64,000 nt of DNA from Amphiscolops sp. MND2022. Its lineage: Eukaryota. Every line of letters begins with the position of its first letter. The first letter of the stretch is position 1. Made by a program: the position numbers and the translations under genes. A model generated the notes under the pieces. The model ran no database searches. It worked only from the letters and a program-made list of their open reading frames with translations, and was not told the DNA's origin. The DNA lies in contig OZ076413.1 of the NCBI GenBank assembly GCA_964187785.1, forward strand, positions 49,912,001-49,976,000, read 5' to 3'. Of this stretch, positions 12,001-21,539 are shown piece by piece.

Positions 12001-13250
12001 AACTATGACTCCTAATACAACTGGCTACCAAGTCAGACAAGATACTGACGTCACATGCCTAGAATAAAAACCCAGTCCACAGACATAGCTACAACGCAGG
12101 CATTACACAAACCTAACAGCATCAGGTTAATTCTAACTCTACACGGACCCAGAGCGCGATAAACACAATCACAAGCAACACTAGCAAACAGAAGTTACGT
12201 ACTTGCCATGAAAGATTCCAAAGACCAGCCCTCCAAATCCGAACCAAGCACGTCTCTCAATCTGGCGGCCTGCGATGCACTTCGAGGAGTAGGTGGTAGC
12301 GCAACAGTTTCCTCATTCGTACTAAGGAGCTCAAACCCCTTAGGCCTCATCGGACTCTTAGGCGTCAAGGGATGAGGCTGACCCGAAGTTGATGGCACAC
12401 AAGCATCTTGCTCCTTGGGAGACGCCATACCAACTGTCAACATAAGATCAAACAAATAATAACGAACACCACGATTCATCAAAAAAAAATCAAAACAACC
12501 AGGCAAGATGAAAACAATAGCAACTATTTCCTCCTTACTCACCCCGTTTAACTGTTGGAGATGAAGTCCTGCTACCAAAAGTCTGAGCGCCACCAGACAA
12601 GTATGAGCTGAACCGTGGAGAGGTCACAACCTGACTACTGACCAACTTTTGGGGCTGCCGTGTTTCTTCTTCCTCTTCTTCCTCAGAGGGGGGGGGGAGA
12701 GTCCTCACCTCCATTAGCCTCAACCATAGCCCCGGAAGATGATACTGCAGAACCTTTGTCTAAAGGGATTCCAGATTCCCCTTCGGCACAAACAGGAAGA
12801 AGATTTGCGCCAGAGTCCACAGGAGAAACTATGGTAACTGGCGCAGAAGAGTCGATTAGCTCAGCATTCGCATCCACAGAAGGCCCCTTGAGAGGCTTGA
12901 CAGCAATGGCAGAAGGATCGGCAGGGCGATAAGAAGTACCAAGGTCATTTGAAATGACAACAGAAGAGACAGCTGGACCAGCCACTAAAAACAACACCCC
13001 CAATTTCGACGCGTCAAGAAAATCTAAGCCGTGGAAAAACTAGTGCAGGAAAGGCCTAACTGCTAAAAGTATATTTCACAAAGGCTTAATGGAGACTGGG
13101 GATAAAAAGGAAATACTTACCAAGAGCACGCTGGCTGGCGTAGTCGGTCTCACTATCTCGCACATCTGCCTCCGAAATGAGAAACTGCGTCTCCTGACCA
13201 CTTTGGACACCAGGGTCTTTGGCAGAAAGTTTTTTGGGACGTGAGCCCAT
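9093..13250 (-). pseudogene. Antisense spliced accessory gene with BED-like C2H2 finger, resembling a hAT transposase
   Basis: Exons 13250-13121, 13023-12543, 12433-12203, 11949-11363, 11242-10622, a probable small exon near 10550-10430, and a last exon ~10335-9093. The first four GT-AG introns are phase-consistent. Finger: FHCMICHRDV...EFARHFFGKRH. One G-run frameshift (~12690) and one stop (11393). Confidence 0.75.
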
Positions 13251-13299
13251 CAGAAACAGCAACGAATTTGGAAAACAAAACCACAGATTAGAATACTCG

Positions 13300-13605
13300 A
13301 AAGTGACGTCATCATAACGGTGACAAAAATAAAAGCTGGCTAACTGCCAACGAAATTGACGTCGGCATAACGCCGACAAAAAAGGTTAATAGGGTTAAGA
13401 AGTTAACCCTATATTCCAAAATGACGTCATCATAACGGTGACAAATCCTAAAAGTTAGCTAAGCTAACGAAAATGACGTCAGCATAACGTTGACAAGTTT
13501 GGCTAAGTAAATTATTTCAATTTACTGCCAAAAATAACGCAAAGTCGACATAACGTCAACACCTGAGGATTAAAAGGATTAAAATGATTGAACAGCCAAT
13601 CAGAA
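13300..13605. promoter_or_regulatory. Putative bidirectional promoter between the antisense gene and the acidic ORF
   Basis: Repeated TGACGTC(A)..CATAAC..GACAA at 13304, 13357, 13422 and 13474; hairpin ATAGGGTTAA-gaag-TTAACCCTAT; CAGCCAATCAG near 13593. Confidence 0.5.
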
Positions 13606-13714
13606 CGGAGGGATTTATCCCAATATTCTCCTTAATCCTAATTAAGCTGAAATCCATTGTGGAACAATTAAAGTACTATCAACAGTCGAAGAAGAAAAAA
13701 GTCAAATAAAGAAG

Positions 13715-14464
13715 ATGAACAATTTACTGGACATATACGAATTATTTGACATTTCATCGTCAAGCGAGGAGTAAGGCGAAATTACAAGATCGTCTACACC
13801 ACTGCCTAGAGACAGCGAAAATTACCCTAGAACAGTGGTGGAGATATTAAATTCGTCAGCAGAAGCCGAGGCAGATGAGGAAGAATTTCTCGATCTTTCC
13901 TTAAACTCCCTGGAAACCGAATGTAAAAGGATGAAACTCAGTGAATCGTACACAAGTTTTGAAACAGTAGAGTCGGGCCAATACCCTCAATCAGAAAGCG
14001 AGGTGGAAACAATAACGGACTCGCCAGAAAGTCCTGACCCCTCTCTGAATTCAGATGTGTTTGTCGTAGAGAAACCTCACGAAGAAGAAACGTCCTCCAT
14101 GACTAGCAGTAAAATTGCTGAATTCATAAGACAAGCAGCAGAGGACGATGCCAGCTCTGACTTTGAATCCCCCCGCGGCCCTCTGAGAGTTTGGGGAGAG
14201 CAGAAGAAGGAATCTCTAAACGATCTAGATGAAGAAAGGGGCCCGGCAGTAATGCCTTCATCCAGGGACCAAGCAGTTGACCCAAATGTCTACGAGCTAC
14301 AATACCCTCTCTACCAACCGAGGTTCCAAGGGAGGACGATAAGATCTATGACAGTGGCCCTGTCACAGTCCGCTCCCAGACTGGGTTGTGGGTGTTTAAG
14401 AGTTGGCTTCGGGAGAGGCCACGGCTGCACCGCGAGGTTCGAAAAAACTTACTTTAACTATTAA
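13715..14464 (+). pseudogene. Sense acidic Ser/Glu-rich accessory ORF running into the 3' LTR
   Basis: ATG at 13715 (MNNLLDIYELFDISSSSEE*GEITRSSTP...), one in-frame TAA at 13772, same frame as ORF 13835-14464. Similar to 34771-34427 (FNISSDEDG...STP). Confidence 0.55.
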
Positions 14465-16739
14465 AACTAATAAATAAACTGTGACTAAGAAAACAAAAAT
14501 ACGTCTGATCAACGGAAATTTCAAATGAAACTAGTTACAAAGAATGAATGTGCTAAAATGAATCTTACATTTCCGGTTGAGACGCTTTTGCCACGTCAAA
14601 TCAATAACATCCGCCACCTGAAAACTAAAGTAAAACACGCTTAGAAATAAGAAAACCATAGCCCAATCTAAATGAAAGCATAGTCAAAGTCATCTCCCAA
14701 AAGAACATCAATCAGATCTAAAATGGAAAACACTCTGAGATGGCACACCGAAAGGATTATGCCTTTTCTTAGAAAGGCAGCTTAATTACTCTTTGAATAG
14801 CAATTAGTGTGATTTAGGACGTCAATATTGCGCTGAGTAAACAAGGCAGCGGAGAAAATAAGAATACATGTATATTTGTCGTCAGTAAGACGCAGACAAG
14901 TTTGAAGGTATACCAATTGACGTCACTGCCTCGCATACGCGTACCAGGAAATCATTCCAATTATCCGCCTACACTAATAGCATTGCTAGAAATCATTCCA
15001 ATTCACCGCCACTGTGACGTCACTGCTCCGGCAGCTAACGAAAGACTCATTTCTAAAATACTCGTCAGCATTGCGTCAAACTAGTCAAAATCTCTATTCC
15101 GCTAAGAAAACTCGTCAACATGACATCGACAAGTTTATGAAGCCTAAATTCTGCCAAGAAAACGCGTCAACATGACGTTGACAAGTTTACGAAATTGAAT
15201 AAAATGAATGAATTCGCCAAATTCAGTCAAGTTTTCATCGCACTAATGCCGTTATTTCCTAGGGAAAGATAATTGCAGGCTATTTCAGATTGTAAGACAA
15301 GTGTATTGCAAACATTCCGCGATTTAAAGTTCTGACTTAAGGTATATTTTTGGCACGCATAGGATAATTCAAGTCCACGTCAATTAATCGTCATGTATTT
15401 TCAAAAATAAGGGAATTTCCTCGCATAAGCTATTTCTATTACGAGATTTCATAGCAGAACAAACAGGAAGTCACAGTTTACGTCTTCAACTAAAATGTAT
15501 TTTGTACAGAAGATGTATTTTCATATATTTTGCATTTTTGTACCCGACGATTTTCAGATGCTATTCTATAATTATGATTGTGATCATTTTTAAATACCAG
15601 TTCACTGTTGCTATTCGTTAAATTCATTATGTTGCCGTTGCTATCAAACAAATGTTGCTGTTACTCTTGTGAAATTTGTCGCACTTGTCACGACATGACA
15701 AATTTGTTAATGGTGTATTATTTTAATACCATGATTTTTAATTCTATTCCCGACGAAAGAATGAGTCCAAATTCATAAAATATCGTCTTAGCATCATTCA
15801 AATAATCCTGCTTTGGGATTAGTCATAGCATTTTGATCAAACCGAATTTCAAAATCAGGTATTTGTTGTTCACGCCAGCGTCAACCCAGCGTCAATTTCC
15901 CGCGAACCAAAGCAGTAAAACAGGGAAGCATTTCCGGTTTGACAGACTGAAGTAATATTTACTTCCTGCTTGGGAGGAAGCAAAAGGACGCCGGGATGAA
16001 ATGATATGATCATGTTTGATGACTAATGCTGGTTTAAAATTGCCGTGACTTAAAAATTGACGAAATGTCGACGCAAATTTGGGAACTTCGTGATTTTTTC
16101 ATCGGTAAAACAGGAAATGACTTATTGTTCGAGGAAAATTAGGGATTACAGTCGTGATCAAATGATGCTGGGAGGGTATAAATACGGTGAAATTTGATGG
16201 TTAAGGGACTCCGTCTTTTGCCTCTTGCGATAATCAGTTGTTTCAAACTTGCTTGTCTCAACCTCATTCTAACTCAACTTTGTTGAAAACCTTGAAAAGA
16301 AATTCAACTCATCAGAAAATCTTTTGTCCATCGAAATGTCTACAACTCGAAGTCAGAAGAGAAAGAACTTCCAACAGGAAAATAGTGAAAATGTAAGTGA
16401 TGGTTTTGTTTCGCCAGTAGTAGTAGAGAATCCCTGTTTTTCGGAACAAGACGTTAATACAGCAGGGCCTTCGAAACCAAAATTCCCAGGATTGAAAATA
16501 GTCTACTGGAAAATTTGAGAGCATCTTTGAAGGAGGAAATTACCTCTGAAATTAAGCATCTCCTTATTGAGTTCCAAAAGGAAATGATGAAACTCTTGAG
16601 ACCTGAAACAAGAGAGAACGTTAGAGAGAAAAAGAGAAAAATGAAGAAGAAGTGGGAAATGAATCTAGGAGTTTCTATACCCCTACTACATCGGTTAGGA
16701 TAAGCTCAACACAAAACGACCGGGATATAAGTCCTAACA
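14361..16739 (+). repeat. 3' LTR
   Basis: Copy of 519-2890. Ends TAACA with no PBS after it. Carries a frameshifted gag N-terminus. Confidence 0.75.
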
Positions 16740-16930
16740 CCTGAAAAACCCAAAAAGATGGACCGGGTTGGTTTGTCTGTTGTCCGGGCTGGGGACACAT
16801 GATGAATAAAGAAGCGTTTTTTTAAAACGCTGATTGATGACGATGGACCGAATAGGCGCGCCCTTTCGCATTCTTTAACAAGTCTCACGAGGAAAAAAGT
16901 CTCACAATGACAAAAAAACTGAAAGGGAAC

Positions 16931-18290
16931 CAGGGATTGGAAATATGGTATGGCCATATAAATGGTACCTGAAAAAGACCCCCCTTAAATATCTCCATAT
17001 TTTTGAAGGAAGCCATAAATAATGGCCATAATGGCCATATATATGGTGTCAAAAAACAAGAGACAAATAATGAATTGAATCAAACGTTTCCGAAAACTTC
17101 AAACACTGTTCACGCCAAGCAAGAGAGTTTCGACAGGTGCGTGGAATCAGGTCTAATGAAATAGATCTAAGAGAGGGGGCAAAACTGAGATCTAAATAAA
17201 TTGATCTAAATAATCAGGTCTAAAAATCTCTTCTAATTTGATCTAATTTGAGAAAAACAATAAGTCAATAAGGATCTAAATTTAAAAAGTGATAAAAGGT
17301 ACAAAGCGTGCCTCGGATATGTCCCCTTTCCTCTAGTGCCCCGCGGCCCCTTGGGGCCGCCTATATTCCCATCTTGCTAAGCGAGGTCGAACAGGAGCAA
17401 AGACCTAGCGGGAACGGAGATCGCGAAGCTTTGACATCGCACATGCTCCACATATTTTTGCTTTCAGAACACATATTAGATCATAAAGGGGTTAGACTAA
17501 GTATTTTAGATAAAATTAGATCTGAAAGTTAGACCTAAAGTTAGACCTTGATTAGGTCTGAAAGTTAGATCTAATTCCATTAGACCTAATGAATTGGATC
17601 AAAGGCGTACACTCTAGTTTCGACGTCCCAGTAGTTTTTATTCACTGGAAGGATCCTGTTTTGCAGGGGTGTTCGGATGTTTTTAGCCTTACTGAACAGA
17701 CGTTCTACAAAATTGGAAGTTCGAGGAACCCAATGCAGGTTCATCATCGTTTTTAAAGCAGGGACCGGTTCTGGAGAGAGGAGTACGAACGACTTGTGGC
17801 CCGTTTCAACGTCAGCATTGAAATGACTGGCTTCCTGTTGGGTTCTGAAGCGCCCCAGATGAACTTTCTCTGCCAGTTTCAGATCTTCATAAGGGACAGT
17901 GAAAGATTCCGCTTACGCCAATACTGCTTGCTCTTTGGTTTTTGACTTCCTCTACTCATCTTCCCAGGAGTCTTTGTGAATATTTTTCAGATGACTCATC
18001 AAATTTGTATATTCTTTCTTGCCTGGTTGTTTCACCCTCTTGTTGCAGGTGCACTTGAACATATCATCAACGAGAGGGGTAAAGAAGAAGTCTACAACAG
18101 ATTTGTTTTGCAGATCCATGACCCTATCTGAAAAAAACATACGAAATGAATTTCCCGAGAAAAGAAAATTATGATGTCATTATGGCAGAGCTACCATACA
18201 TTATGGCCATTTTTTGCAGTGCAGCCATAAATAACTTCCATAAATTCATGGCCATATATGATTATTGCCATTATGGAGTTCCAATCCCTG
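16931..18290 (-). mobile_element. Non-autonomous hAT DNA transposon with a BED-finger remnant
   Basis: TIRs CAGGGATTGGAA / TTCCAATCCCTG; 8-bp TSD AAGGGAAC / AAGGAAAC; subterminal ATGGCCAT repeats; ORF 18140-17952 FKCTC...NLMSHLKNIH. Confidence 0.85.
17135..17615. mobile_element. MULE-type MITE nested in the hAT element
   Basis: 9-bp TSD AGTTTCGAC at 17126 and 17616; inverted arms rich in GATCTA/GGTCTA; shared structured core at 17311-17430. Confidence 0.75.
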
Positions 18291-19302
18291 AAGGAAACCC
18301 TTGGGCATTTTTCAACATCAATTCTGACGCAAAACCCTGTAGTCTCTCCCGGTATTGCATGTTACTCGGAAAAAGAGGAAAAACCTTTTGGATTCAATTC
18401 GCTAGGCCAAATTCAGATATCATGGATCTTCGTCATCAGTCAAGTGCCATGTGTATCATCATGTTGGGGGGAGAAGACACACACCCGTGGTCTGCAACAA
18501 AAGTAGGGAACCCCATACCAGCCAGTACCCCAGAAGCAAAAAAAAAACAACCAGCAAACTACTTCTCTCCAGTATAATAAGTGTTAAATAAAGTATTTTT
18601 AACACTTTTAATTGAATTAACATAAAATGGAGCTTACCATATTCAAATTATTAACGGTTACAACTTAAATATTTGGGTCTAGCCAAATAATTGGGTTGGG
18701 TGTTTGGGTCCGAGGGAGGAATTGGGTTGGGGTAATTGGGTTGGGTACCTAAAATTGGACAATTCGTTGGGGTATACCCAATTAACTGGGTTTTAAAATT
18801 GGCAACCCTGCTTCGAAGGCATCTCTGTCGCTCACAGTTCCTAGAACACAGGCCACATTGCCAATCTGAAGAGCCATTGAAATCCGTTGCTTCAAAAAGC
18901 TGCCAGGTCGTTGATCGTCGTGAGAACGACAGAGTATTTTACACAGACGCGTGATTAAAATTTCACTGCTCTCGCCTAAAGAACCCTGAATTTCCAAGGC
19001 CACCGGTTGAAAAAATTATCCATTGCCTAATGATTCGCGCTAACACTCAATTTTACGCGCTTTAGTCTTGGTGGCGGTGGTTCCCGGGTTGAATAAAGAG
19101 CCTTGATTCAGACCCCGGGGTGCAAGAGCATCCAACCGTGACATCCCACACCAGTTGTTTACCAATTTCCCCAAGAATCTTGGTAACACCATCTGGGCGT
19201 TTGCCATCAGTTCGGCAGAGTCCACGCCGTTCGAGCACTGAAGGCAAGTCGAGAGATCCCAACGTCTGCATTATGAGAGAATTGAGAGTAGCATGAAGTG
19301 AA

Positions 19303-20673
19303 CAGGGATTCCAAGTACTTGGGTTTTTAGAAAATACGGTTTGGTTTGGGTGGCTTTTTCTGATTTGGGTATTTGGTTTGGGTCATGTCAGGCGTGTCTG
19401 GTTTGGGTTTTTGACTTGGGTAATAGGAATTATTGAAAATATGCATATATCAATCTTTTCAGCAAATTTTGATAAAAACAGTAGTTGCATAATTTTTACA
19501 GCAGAATCACGTGAAAACGTAATTTTTGACAGAAAGTAATGATATCGTATGTAGATGCCGAACTTTTCACGGAAATTATAGTGGTATACGCAACCTTTTA
19601 CGGAGATCTCACCAGTAAAACTACAAATAACGCAAAACCTAAATTACTAGAGGCAGAATAACGAAGCCAAATATAACAAAGCAATTACCGCCTAATAAAT
19701 TATGAACCAATTAAATTATGAACCAAATACACACAGACTTTTGTTCAAGAAATTTTTCCTGTGGTAAATTTCTACCAACAGACGACCTTGTAAATGATTT
19801 TTGGCTAGACGACCGTATGAAAAAAGCAGCTCCGGGTCAATACTGCCAAATAGAAAAGAATTCCGGACGTTTCGGCATAAGACGTTTCGGCAAAAACATG
19901 GCGGCGGACGTTTCGGCAAAAAAATATGCCGAAACGTCTCAGGCTAAAAAAAAATTGCCGAAACGTCTCGCATGATATAGGAAAAACAAATTGTAGGAAG
20001 AACTTGTATTGAAGTCAACCAATTAACATTGTCAAACAATTTAAGTGTCAATTACTGAATCGATAATAAATATGTCAACTCCCGGAAATATCATAATGTG
20101 GGGCATATGCGGTGTAGCCACGCTCGCCCTCACCGTCGCAAAGACCAGCTTCGCGATCTTCGTTCCCGCTAGGTCTTTGCTCCTGTTCGACCTCGCTTAG
20201 CAAGATGGGAATATAGGCGGCCCCAAGGGGCCGCAGGGCACTAGAGGAAATGGGGACATATCCGAGGGGTACTTGATATTAATTCCGGACGTTTCGGCAA
20301 AAGACGTTTCGGCAAAAACATGGCGGCGGACGTTTCGGCAAAAAAAATTGCCGAAACGTCTCGACTTTTTTTTGCCGAAACGTCTTTGTCTTTGCCGAAA
20401 CGTCCTGTTCCCGTTGAAAGCAGGTTAGAAATGAAATAAACTGTCTGAAAATACCAGTTTTTGAGGTTAATTATAATACACAGTTAAAAGTTCCAAAAAA
20501 CATATAGTGTCTTAAAAAGTAGATTTGGGTTGGGCTTTGGGGTAGCCGAAATTCCGCTATGGAATTGGGTTTGGGTTTGGGGTCAAGTTTGCTGGCTTGG
20601 GGGATTATTTGGTTTGGGACTCAAGTACTTGGGTTTGGGTTTGTATATTTCTAATTTTGGTTTGGAATCCCCG
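19303..20673. mobile_element. hAT-type MITE
   Basis: TIRs CAGGGATTCCAA / TTGGAATCCCCG; 8-bp TSD GAAGTGAA / GAAGTGAG; TTGGGT subterminal repeats. Confidence 0.8.
19858..20413. mobile_element. MITE-like element with GACGTTTCGGC arms around the structured core
   Basis: Two similar blocks of GACGTTTCGGC / GCCGAAACGTC repeats flank the core at 20092-20267. Confidence 0.6.
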
Positions 20674-21539
20674 GAAGTGAGAAGCGACCAGCACTCTTGG
20701 TGCAAGAAAAAACGTGTAAGCAGTCCCATTCAATCTTTTAACACAGTGGCACGTATGTGCAACACAGATGGCTCCGAGACGCAAACCAATTGAAATCCGA
20801 AGCTGCGGTGATCATCAAGTTTCAGGCGACGTTGAGAATTTGAGACCCGACCTTGCCTTGATGAGCGTTAAAAACTTTCGAACGATTGTCATCAATTCTA
20901 GAAATCAAATCTTGGGTGGTTTCGACGTAGACAGGTTGTTTCCAATTTTTCTAAGTTCCATCGAGATGACTTTCCTGTTCATTCAACAAAATCATCCATT
21001 TCGCAAGCGCTTTTGTAAACGAAACATCTTCGAATGTTTCCGAAAAAGTCATCGTGGGAAAGTCACTCGCACCAAAAGCTGAGGTCAGAAAGACGGAAAT
21101 TGCTAATAATTATGCGAATTAAAACCCCAAGACCACCCATCTCAGCGGGCAGAGCCAGCTGAGTACTCCAAATATCGACGAAGTTCACGTTACACACTTT
21201 GGAAAGGCCGTCGCGTACGGTTTTGTCATAATTTTCTAAGAGAGCTGGATGATCAAAACATGTACTGGTTCTCAGGAAGTTCAACAACTTTGGCAGACTG
21301 CAGCAATTTTTAAACATAAAAAAACCATAGTGCGCATCTAGTTTTTCAACAGTTCCATTGACTTCTGCCAGTTCACTAATTTTCTTTTCCAATAAGTCTG
21401 CTTGTGATTTCGGGCCGAGCGGTGAACTAAGAAAGATAAGTTCATCTTTGTTTGGTGTTTTCATCCCGGGGCAAAGTTTTTGGACTAAAATTGTTGATCG
21501 TCGTTTTTCAGTGATGTCACCAAGGAAAAAAATTGATTT

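Larger units (their letters stand above)
519..16739 (+). mobile_element. Ty3/Gypsy LTR retrotransposon with long LTRs and an accessory module
   Basis: Direct repeat at offset 13842 ending ...GTCGTAACA (2890) and ...GTCCTAACA (16739). PBS after the first copy. Order gag, PR, RT, RH, IN. Several frameshifts and stops. Confidence 0.93.

Noticed and set aside
9093..14464. env gene
   Set aside because: The main gene is antisense, and I see no signal peptide, furin site or transmembrane anchor in either accessory product.
18146..18577. 143-aa ORF as a gene
   Set aside because: It crosses hAT subterminal repeats, the TIR and the flank; no recognisable motifs.
20215..20245. Helitron 3' end (GC hairpin followed by CTAG)
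   Set aside because: Conservation continues ~23 nt past CTAG in the copies, so it is not a terminus.
20092..20267. tRNA gene or tRNA-derived SINE for the core
   Set aside because: Only a B-box-like GTTCGACC; no convincing A box, cloverleaf or tail.
19858..20413. CRISPR array from GACGTTTCGGC / TTCGAC / AATAACGTCTA repeats
   Set aside because: Units are short, irregularly spaced and in both orientations; no cas genes; eukaryotic MITE context.
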